Source: an uncultured virus (IMG/VR IMGVR_UViG_3300011008_000050) (lineage: Duplodnaviria > Heunggongvirae > Uroviricota > Caudoviricetes). From it: a stretch of DNA of 20,000 nt. Shown here in pieces: positions 1 through 8,421 of the stretch. The notes under the pieces are model-generated. The model did no database searches, had not been told where the DNA came from, and worked only from the letters and a program-made list of their open reading frames with translations. The stretch's first letter is position 1, and each line of letters begins with the position of its first letter. The position numbers and the translations under genes were made by a program. The stretch is taken from the IMG/VR virus record IMGVR_UViG_3300011008_000050. The stretch is one strand, 5' to 3'.

Positions 1-120
1 ACAGTGATAGTGAAGGAGAGCAAGACCTGGAAGTATTACGGCAAGGCGGTGCTTGTTTGTCTCGGGTGTGTCTTTGTCGGGTTTGTCCTCGGGAGGGTAG
101 AACGGGTGCAGAAGAAATAG
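1..120 (+). CDS. 3' end of a membrane protein, possibly a unimolecular spanin or other lysis accessory (partial)
   Basis: Frame 1 reads TVIVKESKTWKYYGKAVLVCLGCVFVGFVLGRVERVQKK*: a C-terminal hydrophobic helix followed by basic residues. The 5' part is outside the window. Confidence 0.45.
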   Translation, partial: TVIVKESKTWKYYGKAVLVCLGCVFVGFVLGRVERVQKK

Positions 121-168
121 TTGCCGTGGCGGTCGAAGTTGCTGTGATGCAGGTCGGAAGGCTTGGCG

Positions 169-219
169 GTTAATACTTAAAAGTGACAAGATGTCTTAAT
201 ACATTATTTTTGCATTATG
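169..219 (+). promoter_or_regulatory. Putative late promoter: upstream box GTTAATACTTAAAA, N20, then Bacteroidota -7 box TATTTTTG (205-212), 4 nt before the ATG (probably leaderless)
   Basis: Matches the TAnnTTTG consensus. The same architecture and spacing recur on the minus strand at 5529-5579. Confidence 0.7.
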
Positions 220-684
220 ATTGATATAACTCTTACCATCAACAAGGCGGAGGTGTATGACGAGGTGGCTAAGACCACGAGTTACACGGGCGCAAAAATG
301 GATAGTGACGGCAGTGCCTACGAGCGCATCTTCACTACGGCTGAGGACCAGCTGATGCTGGAGCGTTTCTGGACTGAGGCTTGTGATGTCGTGACGGAGC
401 AGCTGAAAGCTTTTCTGAAGGATGTGAGCGAGCCATCGACCACAAGTTTCGACCTGGAGCTGGAACTGAGCAGCAGCTTTGACGAGACGCTGACGGGTAG
501 CATCAATACAAGCCTGTTCAGTTTCTTCGTGAATGCTGTCGTGAGCAAGTGGTATAAGTTCACGAACAAGGGCGAGGCTGAGAGTTACGCAGCAGAGGCA
601 ACGGTCATGATGGGTGACGTAATGCGTAAGATTTATTACAGGAAGAAGCCCAAGCGGACAAAACCCTCTGTTCTGTCTGAATAA
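217..684 (+). CDS. Putative virion head-tail adaptor/ring protein, paralog 1 (155 aa)
   Basis: Clean ORF directly after the promoter. N-terminal ITLTINKAEVYDEVAKTTSYTG and basic C-terminus resemble the next two genes. Confidence 0.6.
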   Translation: MIDITLTINKAEVYDEVAKTTSYTGAKMDSDGSAYERIFTTAEDQLMLERFWTEACDVVTEQLKAFLKDVSEPSTTSFDLELELSSSFDETLTGSINTSLFSFFVNAVVSKWYKFTNKGEAESYAAEATVMMGDVMRKIYYRKKPKRTKPSVLSE

Positions 685-715
685 TTTTTTTCACCATTTT
701 AAATAATTATCTATT

Positions 716-1237
716 ATGGCAAAACAAAATGTAAGTATCACCCTGTATGTGTCTGAAATGCTGTACGACATACAGAACAAGACGTATCTGACAGGCCGCA
801 GCCGTCAGAATGGTCAAAACCACGAAGAGGTAGCCAACATGATGGCCAGTGACGATGAGGAGAACGGCAACCAGATTCTCCGCAGTCTTTACAATGCCTT
901 CGGCAACCTGAAGAGCAAGTTGAGTGAGTATCTGGACGAGAACCAGTTGACGGGCAACAACGTCCTTGAAGGTGCTGACGAGACTGGACTTGACACCGAC
1001 AAGACGCTGGTGCTGAATCTGAAGATGCCATCGAACTACAATCAGGCTACGGTAGCGGCCATCACGGCAGGCTGCCACCAGTTCATTGTGAACACTTCGA
1101 TTGCTGACTGGTTTACCATCACGGACAAGGCCGATGCCGCCGACTATGTGAACATCGCCCAGCAGAACATCGAGCAAGTGCGCGAGGCCATCAACAAGCG
1201 TATTCGCCCGAAGTATAATGCTCCAGAGACCACTTAA
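716..1237 (+). CDS. Putative virion head-tail adaptor/ring protein, paralog 2 (173 aa)
   Basis: AT-rich leader. Motifs VSITLYVSEMLYDIQNKTYLTG and FIVNTSIADWF are shared with its neighbours. Confidence 0.6.
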   Translation: MAKQNVSITLYVSEMLYDIQNKTYLTGRSRQNGQNHEEVANMMASDDEENGNQILRSLYNAFGNLKSKLSEYLDENQLTGNNVLEGADETGLDTDKTLVLNLKMPSNYNQATVAAITAGCHQFIVNTSIADWFTITDKADAADYVNIAQQNIEQVREAINKRIRPKYNAPETT

Positions 1238-1278
1238 TCCTGCAACAAAAACGCTGGGCACTGTAATAGCAAGGGACT

Positions 1279-1794
1279 ATGTTTAAGAAAGAGTGGACGA
1301 AGCGAGTGACTATCACGTTCAAGCGTGATGAACTGCTCTACGACATCCGTAACTATGCGTGGGTTGAGGGCGACATCATGCCCGTTAAAGACGAGCATGA
1401 GCGTCATCAGGTCATTGATGTTGGTGAGGATGGCAACGTGGACAGGGTCAACCGTGTTCTTGACTTGGCCTTTGCACAGTGTGTTGAATTGTGCTATCCC
1501 TACAGCAAGGTTGCGGTAGGTGACGAGACGGAGGCCGACGATACCCTGAACGCTCCTGCAACCTACGTTCTGCGGTTGCGTGTTCCTGACGATTTCGCTC
1601 AAAGCACGGTGAACTTGCTGGAGAAGCTTATCCACGAGCTGCTGGTGTGCAAGGTGATGGCAGACTGGATGAGTATCACGAAGCCGGATGCGAAGGAGAA
1701 CTGGCAGGTGAAGATTCTGGAACTGGAGTTTCAGATAACTGCTAACCTGAACTTCCGGGTCGGGAGGGTGAGACGGAGAATGAATCCGTTTTGA
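1279..1794 (+). CDS. Putative virion head-tail adaptor/ring protein, paralog 3 (171 aa)
   Basis: Motifs VTITFKRDELLYDIRNYAWVEG and LLVCKVMADWM; basic C-terminus RVRRRMNPF. Confidence 0.6.
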   Translation: MFKKEWTKRVTITFKRDELLYDIRNYAWVEGDIMPVKDEHERHQVIDVGEDGNVDRVNRVLDLAFAQCVELCYPYSKVAVGDETEADDTLNAPATYVLRLRVPDDFAQSTVNLLEKLIHELLVCKVMADWMSITKPDAKENWQVKILELEFQITANLNFRVGRVRRRMNPF

Positions 1795-1796
1795 AG

Positions 1797-1857
1797 CCAG
1801 CGGCAGAACCGCTGGGCACAGTGACACCACTTAGCGGCAGAACCGCTGGGCACAGTG
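1797..1857. repeat. Tandem pair of the dispersed hairpin repeat (AGCGG-CAGAA-CCGCT-GGGCACAGTG twice, 34-bp period)
   Basis: The 25-bp units at 1799-1823 and 1833-1857 are identical and each is palindromic around CAGAA. Confidence 0.9.
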
Positions 1858-1865
1858 GCAAATTT

Positions 1866-1905
1866 GAAAGGCATCTATCCTCACGGACGGATGCCTTTCT
1901 TCACT
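1866..1905. terminator. Intrinsic terminator between convergent operons
   Basis: Stem GAAAGGCATC...GATGCCTTTC with inner TCC-TCAC-GGA, followed by TTCACTT. It lies between the convergent stops at 1794 and 1983. Confidence 0.7.
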
Positions 1906-1982
1906 TATAAAACCTAACTAAAACTAACCTTTCATGAAAACAAAACTACTTTTGTTGTATTGTGTCTGCTGTGGCAGGATTG

Positions 1983-4694
1983 TCATCGGGGCTGCGCTGT
2001 GAGGCGTGGCGTGAACTGTATGGTGCATCCTGATATGCTTTCGTCTTTTTGGAGAGAGCAGATGAGGGCGAGGCGGAAGTATTTGTAGGGTGTGCCACGG
2101 AATCCACGGAGGTAGTGGTCTGTGGAGGACGCGACGAGGTGCCAACTGAAGAGGTCACGGGAGCCGTAGAGTATGGTCTTAACGTGTCCTTTGCGGAAGT
2201 AGCCACGCTGGATGATGGTGTCGATGGTCTTCAGCTGGTCGGGTGTATCGAGCTTGATGGGACGTGTGATGATGATTTGGGTTGGCGGCGTGGTGTCGGG
2301 TTCCGTTTCTGAATAGTTGACGAGTTCGTGCACGGGGTCTTCTTCCGGGTCGGCAGGATTTTCGGCTTTGACCGCGATGGCATCGGGGTATGCGTTGACG
2401 TGGTACTCGATGTCGGACTGCATCATTCCCCATTGTCTTGATTTGAGGGAGTAGATGTAGGCGTAGTGCAGGGAAGGGTTGTAGGCGATGATGCGCTGGT
2501 GTATGTAGTCGTAGAGCAGTCTGCATTCCTGGAGGAACTGCCTGAATGGGACGAAGTCGCTGATGGTGGCGATGGCATCGCCACATACGGAACTGAGACC
2601 CTGGATGGATGTAGCGGTGAGGGGGAGGGGGGAGTCGATGCTGTCGGAGATGCAGCGGCTTTCTGCTCCAGAGAGGAGCATGATGCCCCGGTCGGTAGCG
2701 AAGATTACGGCGGTGTCGATGGATGTGATGCTTTTGGGGTTGATGCATACGTCGCGCGTGACGGGCTGGCGTGCCGATATGGTTCCTGTGGATGATATTT
2801 CGAGTGCCCAGACTCCTTCGGTCGTGAAGGCGTAGAGAGGAAATTGTCCGAACTGCCCTTGTGAGAGAGCCTTTGTGGCGGCGGCGATGGCCATGACGGT
2901 TCCTGTTCCGACGGTTGTGGAATAGGGGAAGGCGAAAGGGTTGTCAGGATCGGAGTAGTAGATGGGGAGCATGAGCGATTCTTCATCAGCAGTGGGTGCG
3001 GGTACCTGTTCTACGGGTATGGTTTCTGGAATGGTTTCTGGTACTTTGAGGTAGTAGGCTCCGTTGAGGAAGTCGTGTGCGGTGAGTGGCAGCTTGTACC
3101 AAGTGTCGGTTCCGACGGGGTTGATGTATGCTGTTTTGGCATTGGTGTTGGGGTAGTAGAAGAAGAATGTGGTACGTCCTCCATCGCCGTTTGTGAGGGT
3201 GAAGAGGCTGGTTCCGAGTTGTGCGGCATTGTTTTGGATTACGATGTCGCGTGAGCCGTCTCTCAGGAGTATGCGGCACTGGTATTGGCGTTGCTGCTGG
3301 TTTGTGTCGCTCATGCCTGTTCCCCGGCAGCATGATGTGTCGAGAGGGAATCCCTGAAAGTATTTTTTGCGCATGCCTGCAAGGAAAAGCCTGGCGTTAT
3401 AGACGAAAGCACAGGAGGCAATGGAAGTGTCGTTGGTAGCGGTAGCGTCGCCGGCCATTCGTTCTTTGGATGTGAGTGCGGCGAGGTAAGATGCTGTGAT
3501 GTCGATTTTTGTGTCGTTGGTGGTGAGGTCGTCGATGTTGATTTGCTTGAGCAGGTAGAAGTTCTGGTTATTGCGGTAGTCGTTACGGATGTCGTTGTAG
3601 TTGCGTGCTATGGGTAGGGCATCGATGGGGGTATTATAGAGGCGGAAGAAGCCTGACCTGTTCTCCTCGTCATGGCTGTTCTGTGCGAGGTAGGCTGAGA
3701 GTGGCGACACGCTGCCATAGCCAGCGTTGTTTCCGTATTGGCAGACAGAGCTTTTGGATGTGTAGTCAGTCTGCTGTGCGTCGATGGCTCCGTTCTGGTC
3801 GTAGGTGTAGATGGGGCTGGAGATGAATATGTCGAGAGACTGGATGATGTCTTTCCATTTCCTCAGTGCTTCGAGTGCTGCCTCATCGTTGATTTTGAAG
3901 TAGAGGTCGTGGACGAGTGCAAAGAGGACGTATGTTTGTGAGCAAGTGAAGTAATTTCTGTTGTCATCGTTTCTGTTGAAGCTATAGTAGTACTCCCTCA
4001 TGTATGGTGTGGCTCCGTCGGTTTTCATCAGTATAGGGGGTGAGAAGCGCGCGAGTGTTCCGTCGTAGAGACGGAAGGCATATCGGACAAAAAAAGGGAA
4101 TATGAAGCGTCCGGCGTTGGTGGCTTTCTCGGCGATGAAGGCATTCATGTTTGCGTTGATGTTCTGTTTGAATAGTGGTGTGAATGCTTCTATCGCGGAC
4201 AAGCTTGATTCGTATTCTCCGCTGGCCGTGAAGGTGTAGTCCTTGTATGCGAGTGTGCCCCGTAATCCGAAGGCAAGTGGTATGAAAGGTGGCAATGAAC
4301 CGATGACGGTGTATTGTGCATTTTCCCATCGGAAGTAGCGTATGTCGTCGGAAAGTAGTATGGTGAGTATGTTTCCGATGGCGGCGACCTGAATGGGGTG
4401 TGGAAAGTAGCTGTCGATGATGTAATATGTGATGCGCCCGTGGCGGTAGAGGAGTGCTTCTTCTTCAGGGTCGTAGAGGATGTAATTAGTGATGTATTCA
4501 CTCCCTGATATTACTTTGTGGATGTAGAGGACTTCCCAGGTGCCGAGGTCTTCAAGGATGGTTTTTGGGGTGGTCAGCGGATGGAAGGCTTCGTCTTCGG
4601 GAACGAGGTTGATGGCTGCTGCGAGGTCTCCGTCTGGTGCTTCGTAGTCGGATGGTGTGGCTGTGAAGCCGTTGTACTTTATTTCCTTAATCAT
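1983..4694 (-). CDS. Phage tail stabilisation / muzzle-like virion protein (P22 gp10 / T7 gp12-like), 903 aa
   Basis: Long beta-rich ORF. N-terminus GFTATPSDYEAPDG, propeller-like repeats (LYAFTTEGVWALE, VIFATDRGIMLLSG) and C-terminal YKYFRLALI..SISGCTIQF fit short-tail stabilisation proteins. Confidence 0.65.
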   Translation of the reverse strand: MIKEIKYNGFTATPSDYEAPDGDLAAAINLVPEDEAFHPLTTPKTILEDLGTWEVLYIHKVISGSEYITNYILYDPEEEALLYRHGRITYYIIDSYFPHPIQVAAIGNILTILLSDDIRYFRWENAQYTVIGSLPPFIPLAFGLRGTLAYKDYTFTASGEYESSLSAIEAFTPLFKQNINANMNAFIAEKATNAGRFIFPFFVRYAFRLYDGTLARFSPPILMKTDGATPYMREYYYSFNRNDDNRNYFTCSQTYVLFALVHDLYFKINDEAALEALRKWKDIIQSLDIFISSPIYTYDQNGAIDAQQTDYTSKSSVCQYGNNAGYGSVSPLSAYLAQNSHDEENRSGFFRLYNTPIDALPIARNYNDIRNDYRNNQNFYLLKQINIDDLTTNDTKIDITASYLAALTSKERMAGDATATNDTSIASCAFVYNARLFLAGMRKKYFQGFPLDTSCCRGTGMSDTNQQQRQYQCRILLRDGSRDIVIQNNAAQLGTSLFTLTNGDGGRTTFFFYYPNTNAKTAYINPVGTDTWYKLPLTAHDFLNGAYYLKVPETIPETIPVEQVPAPTADEESLMLPIYYSDPDNPFAFPYSTTVGTGTVMAIAAATKALSQGQFGQFPLYAFTTEGVWALEISSTGTISARQPVTRDVCINPKSITSIDTAVIFATDRGIMLLSGAESRCISDSIDSPLPLTATSIQGLSSVCGDAIATISDFVPFRQFLQECRLLYDYIHQRIIAYNPSLHYAYIYSLKSRQWGMMQSDIEYHVNAYPDAIAVKAENPADPEEDPVHELVNYSETEPDTTPPTQIIITRPIKLDTPDQLKTIDTIIQRGYFRKGHVKTILYGSRDLFSWHLVASSTDHYLRGFRGTPYKYFRLALICSLQKDESISGCTIQFTPRLTAQPR

Positions 4695-4708
4695 ATTTTG
4701 GAGAGGTT

Positions 4709-5098
4709 TTATAGAGGGTGGCGTGTGATGAGATGAACGGCCGTACTACCATTTGGACCCAAGATAACAGCAGAACCAGCAGGGAGTCGTATAGGGCGGT
4801 TGTCTGATACACGAGACACTTGTTTGATGGACGTGTAAAGCCTGTGTGAGTATGCCCTGAAATTGTTACTGTCGTGTTTCCCCTTGTTAGTTGGGTGGAC
4901 TGTGGCTTCATAGCGACCAACGCACTCGGCAGCGCGTAGGCGCACATATAGGAGGTATTCGTCATACGAGACAGCCACATCAATCACATCGCCATTTTGC
5001 AGTTGCAGCACCTTGGCAATGCGGGCAGTGATGTCGATGCGACCGTTAGGGTGGAATATGACATCAGGACGGCGGGAGTTAGGAAGCAGTGATGTCAT
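4709..5098 (-). CDS. Hypothetical phage protein, 129 aa (start reassigned to ATG at 5098, MTSLLPNSRRPD)
   Basis: The in-frame ATG overlaps the end of the upstream gene. The longer 5359 start lies inside that gene and gives an atypical S/P/T-rich N-terminus. Confidence 0.65.
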   Translation of the reverse strand: MTSLLPNSRRPDVIFHPNGRIDITARIAKVLQLQNGDVIDVAVSYDEYLLYVRLRAAECVGRYEATVHPTNKGKHDSNNFRAYSHRLYTSIKQVSRVSDNRPIRLPAGSAVILGPNGSTAVHLITRHPL

Positions 5099-5531
5099 GA
5101 GGCCGTAGTATTTTGTAGTAGGTGAATGGTTTTCCGTCGGCAGAACCGACGGGCACAGTGGCTGTTTCGACGGATAGTTTGACAGGGTGGTCGTAGGGTA
5201 TTCCGTAATCGTAGAAGATGCGATTGACGGTAGGGCAGAGAGATTCAAAGCCGATGGAGCGGTGCTTGCTGTTATACTGGATGTCGGCCAGGCATGTGGG
5301 CTGCTGGATGTCGGGATTGAGTGTGAAGGCATATATGCCAGTTCCGGCAGAGCCGTCACCTACGGAGAACATGAAGACCTTTGCCTGTTCTTGGTTCATC
5401 ACGTCCATGTGGTCAAAGAGGGCACGGGAGAGGGTGACGGAGTTGTCGGACGGGTCGGCAATGACATAGAGGGAGCGGTGACGATACCATCGCCACACAC
5501 CTAATAGCCAAAGACGGAATTTTCTAATCAT
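5079..5531 (-). CDS. Hypothetical phage protein, 150 aa; first gene of the leftward late operon
   Basis: ATG sits 4 nt after a TATCTTCG -7-like box. Contains an in-frame hairpin repeat at 5134-5160. Confidence 0.7.
   Translation of the reverse strand: MIRKFRLWLLGVWRWYRHRSLYVIADPSDNSVTLSRALFDHMDVMNQEQAKVFMFSVGDGSAGTGIYAFTLNPDIQQPTCLADIQYNSKHRSIGFESLCPTVNRIFYDYGIPYDHPVKLSVETATVPVGSADGKPFTYYKILRPHDITAS
5134..5160. repeat. Dispersed hairpin repeat inside a CDS (CCGTCGG-CAGAA-CCGACGG-GCACAGTG)
   Basis: Perfect 7-bp stem with the same loop and tail as the 1797 copy. Encodes TVPVGSADG on the minus strand. Confidence 0.85.
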
Positions 5532-5579
5532 AGTGCGAAGATAATCTGAAAGGGTGAAACGGTTGTTTTATGTTTTAAC
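5529..5579 (-). promoter_or_regulatory. Putative late promoter GTTAAAACATAAAA-N20-ATTATCTTCGCACTATG
   Basis: Aligns without gaps to 169-219 at both boxes, with identical spacing to the ATG. Confidence 0.7.
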
Positions 5580-5581
5580 TC

Positions 5582-5607
5582 TCGATGGCAGAACCATCGA
5601 ACACACT
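5582..5607. repeat. Dispersed hairpin repeat (TCGATGG-CAGAA-CCATCGA-ACACACT) at the early/late boundary
   Basis: Perfect 7-bp stem with a different sequence but the same loop. Abuts the stop codon of 5606..5824. Confidence 0.8.
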
Positions 5608-5824
5608 AATAGTCCTTGTGTGAACGGAAGGAAACGGTCTCAATGTAGAGAAACGAGCGGGTGGACTCAATTTCAAGACGGTGGCGCATTGCATCATCCT
5701 TTGAGCGGTGGATGAATGACGTTGCCTCACAGCGGTTTGTGCCGCGTGTGTTGACGATGTTCACATAATACTTATGCCCGAAGATGTGGGCAATGATGGA
5801 TTGCAGTACTGTTTCTTGTGCCAT
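5606..5824 (-). CDS. Hypothetical phage protein, 72 aa
   Basis: Fits the operon packing, 5 bp after the ASCH gene. Confidence 0.7.
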   Translation of the reverse strand: MAQETVLQSIIAHIFGHKYYVNIVNTRGTNRCEATSFIHRSKDDAMRHRLEIESTRSFLYIETVSFRSHKDY

Positions 5825-5829
5825 AGTTG

Positions 5830-6198
5830 TTAGTGAAATTTAATGATGAATACTGGTTTATCTGTAGGCGCACCCCATTCAGGTTTGCCGTTAAAGCCCA
5901 TTGTGATGCTGTCGAGACAGAAGAGCATGGTTCGCTTGGTATAGCCATAACGGAATCGAACGTGAGTATATCCGCGAGGAAAGACACGGTCTGCACCTTC
6001 AAGGGTTGTCCGATTAGGGAAAAGGATTTTCTTTGTCATCAGCTCTTTGTAGTTGTCTTCAACATACTGCTTCAGACGTTTGTAGTCGAGCAGCCGCTTT
6101 TCCCAGTAGGGTGTAATGTCCCTGTACTCTTCGCGTTTCTCTCCGCTCTCAATCATATTGTACCACTCCTTTTTAAGTGGAAGTTCAAGTATCTTCAT
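5830..6198 (-). CDS. ASCH (PUA-like) domain protein
   Basis: N-terminal LPLKKEWYNMIESGEKREEYR matches the ASCH GxKxxExR motif; downstream VRFRYGY. Confidence 0.8.
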   Translation of the reverse strand: MKILELPLKKEWYNMIESGEKREEYRDITPYWEKRLLDYKRLKQYVEDNYKELMTKKILFPNRTTLEGADRVFPRGYTHVRFRYGYTKRTMLFCLDSITMGFNGKPEWGAPTDKPVFIIKFH

Positions 6199-6476
6199 AG
6201 TTCTAACGGGGTTGTTATGACTTTTCTTAATTTATCAAATGCTTCTGTAATCTTTGGCTTGATTGCCAGTTCCAGTTTCGTTAACTCATTAAAGTCTATA
6301 TCTATACCGAGTTCTTCCGTATTACAAAGGACTTCACTGATAATTGCATGCTCTACTTCGCACTGTCCATATTCAAGCCATTCTGCACATTTTTTGCGAC
6401 GAGGCCAAAAGACACGGTTCCAAAACTTTTGCCATAACTCTTTTGGAGAGTAGAGGGTGATTGTGATTTTCTTCAT
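6195..6476 (-). CDS. Hypothetical protein, 93 aa
   Basis: ATGA overlaps with both flanking genes. Confidence 0.7.
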   Translation of the reverse strand: MKKITITLYSPKELWQKFWNRVFWPRRKKCAEWLEYGQCEVEHAIISEVLCNTEELGIDIDFNELTKLELAIKPKITEAFDKLRKVITTPLEL

Positions 6477-7420
6477 ACAAACATATTTGGGGTTACTTGA
6501 ATTTTCTGTTTAATAATTGGGAAATATTCAGGGTTGAGTTCAAAGCCTACGTAGTGACGTTGATACTGGAGTGCTACCATGACCGTTGTGCCAGTCCCCA
6601 TGAATGGATCGAGGATTATTCCACCCACAGGACAGCCAGCGAGAACGCAATCACGGATAAGCGCAGGGGGATAGGCGGCAAAGTGTACGTTAGAGCCTGA
6701 CGGTTTGGTATTCTGAATCCACACGTCACGTTTATTGACCAGTGACGACGTTGGGATGTTGTTGCCCTGAAAGGTTTTGTAGTTGTTGCCTGGCACATGA
6801 AAGTCCACCTTACGATGCTTCACTATCTTGGAACGTATCTTCGACCTTGCTGGTTGTTTGATGCTTTCTGAGTCGAAGTAGTAGCGATTGGATTTTGATA
6901 GCAAAAAGATGTATTCGTGTGATTTGGTGCAACGGTCACGGACACTTTCGGGCATTGCATTGGGCTTATACCAAACAATATCCTGACGGAGAAAGTAACC
7001 AAGAGAGCGCAGGGAGAAGGCCAGCATCCACGGTATGCCTATCAGGTCTTTATCCTTACATGATGTGATGTACTTATAGGCAGTACGGTTATTGAGAGTT
7101 CCACGATTGGAACCCTGCTTGTATTTCTTAGCGTTATCGGGATAGCGAGCTGCCCCTTTGTTGCTCCCTGCATAACTATCTCCAATGTTGAGCCACAAGG
7201 TGCCTTCGGGTTTTAGGACACGCAACACTTCGGCAAAGATTTCAGTGAGTCTTTCTATATATTCTTCAGGTGACCGCTCCAGTCCGATTTGCCCATCAAC
7301 ACCATAGTCCCGCAGACCGTAGTAAGGTGGTGACGTGATACAGCAGTCGATGCAGTCGGATGGCATGAGCCTCAGCCCTTCAAGACAATCCATGTTATAT
7401 GTGTTGTCAGGTTCTATCAT
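6473..7420 (-). CDS. Orphan amino (N4-C/N6-A) DNA methyltransferase, beta class
   Basis: Catalytic TSPPY near the N-terminus and SAM-binding ILDPFMGTGTT near the C-terminus. No adjacent restriction enzyme. Confidence 0.92.
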   Translation of the reverse strand: MIEPDNTYNMDCLEGLRLMPSDCIDCCITSPPYYGLRDYGVDGQIGLERSPEEYIERLTEIFAEVLRVLKPEGTLWLNIGDSYAGSNKGAARYPDNAKKYKQGSNRGTLNNRTAYKYITSCKDKDLIGIPWMLAFSLRSLGYFLRQDIVWYKPNAMPESVRDRCTKSHEYIFLLSKSNRYYFDSESIKQPARSKIRSKIVKHRKVDFHVPGNNYKTFQGNNIPTSSLVNKRDVWIQNTKPSGSNVHFAAYPPALIRDCVLAGCPVGGIILDPFMGTGTTVMVALQYQRHYVGFELNPEYFPIIKQKIQVTPNMFV

Positions 7421-7553
7421 TACTTCTACTTATTTGTTGCTTTCGTTGTTCTTTCTTACAAGCCTCGCTGCCGATGTGCTTGCGAAAACTGATTGCTCCT
7501 GTGCACCATTTGCCACAGTAGGGGCATTGGTAGGGTGTTCTGTCAAAAGCCAT
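7407..7553 (-). CDS. Small zinc-finger-like protein, 48 aa (MAFDRTPYQCPYCGKW...)
   Basis: YxCPYCGK-x9-H-x5-C pattern. The ATG at 7553 lies 4 bp after the DUF5131 stop. Confidence 0.55.
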   Translation of the reverse strand: MAFDRTPYQCPYCGKWCTGAISFRKHIGSEACKKEQRKQQISRSNDRT

Positions 7554-7557
7554 GTTC

Positions 7558-8283
7558 TTACAAATTAGGTAATTGTTTCCACTCCCTGCCATCGAGCAAA
7601 GAACCATTCTTGTATTTACTTCGCTTTACACCATCTTCGCCCCATGTACCCCATTGCTTGAAGAAGAAAGCCGTGTTGGTGTCAATGCAGCGGTCACGGA
7701 GTACACGAAACCAATCCGGGGACGGGCGACGGGCGCGGTTGCTACATTCTCCCCCCGTGATGAGCCAGTCGATGCCATCAAGCGTAATATCCCGCATATC
7801 TCCTAATAACGGTTCGCAACTGACAAAGCGGACGTTTGCGATGATGCGTTTCAGGTGGAAAATTCTTCCGTAGTGTTTGGCACTTTCGCAAGAGACCCCC
7901 AGCCATACGTTTTTAGGAACCTCGTACTCGTAGGTGAAGAACTCAGCCATCCTTTCAGCACGTTTCGTAAGAACCTGAAACGTGCATTGTGGGTTGTCCT
8001 GTATAGTCTCCATGACCTTTTTGATGAAGGAGAAGGGAACATCATCATGGAAGAGGTCGCTCATGGAGCAGACGAACACCATGCCATGCTTCCATTCGTA
8101 AGGTTCTTTGAGTGCTTCGTGGTGTATTGTCGGTATGAAGCCGTTGGCATACTTCTTTTGTCCCATGCCTTTCAGCCGCAAAGCCATTGTCTTAGCGTAG
8201 CAGTTGAAGCATCCTTCGCTTCTTGGTGTGCATCCCGTTACTGGGTTCCACACTCTTTCAGTCCATTCTATTTTTGTCGCCAT
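7558..8283 (-). CDS. Phage Gp37/Gp68 (DUF5131) family radical-SAM-like protein
   Basis: Motifs TKIEWT..WNPVTGCTPRSEGCFNCYA, VFVCSMSDLFH, FVSCEPLLG, WLITGGE and FFFKQWG. Confidence 0.9.
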   Translation of the reverse strand: MATKIEWTERVWNPVTGCTPRSEGCFNCYAKTMALRLKGMGQKKYANGFIPTIHHEALKEPYEWKHGMVFVCSMSDLFHDDVPFSFIKKVMETIQDNPQCTFQVLTKRAERMAEFFTYEYEVPKNVWLGVSCESAKHYGRIFHLKRIIANVRFVSCEPLLGDMRDITLDGIDWLITGGECSNRARRPSPDWFRVLRDRCIDTNTAFFFKQWGTWGEDGVKRSKYKNGSLLDGREWKQLPNL

Positions 8284-8341
8284 AATTCTGATGTTTTGAT
8301 GTTAGTTAGTTTTTTCTGATTGTGGATTCATTCTTCTTGCA

Positions 8342-8419
8342 TCCCCGCCTCGCCCTCTTGGGGAGGGCGGTGGCTGGGGAGCGAAGAAGAATGGTGTCCG
8401 TTCTGATGGGGAACAGACA
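8342..8419 (-). other. GC-rich hairpins immediately 3' of the putative DGR variable region
   Basis: On the minus strand: TGTCTGTTC..GAACGGACA, then TCCCC-AGCC-AC-CGCCCTC-CCCAA-GAGGGCG-A-GGC-GGGGA. Confidence 0.55.
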
Positions 8420-8421
8420 AG

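Noticed and set aside
1797..1857. Mini-CRISPR array
   Set aside because: Only two 25-bp units with a 9-bp gap and no cas genes. The unit belongs to the dispersed hairpin family.
5099..5359. Long N-terminus for the 4709 ORF
   Set aside because: It lies inside the upstream gene in another frame. The ATG at 5098 fits operon coupling.
6473..7420. Restriction-modification system
   Set aside because: No cognate endonuclease nearby; orphan methyltransferases are routine in phages.
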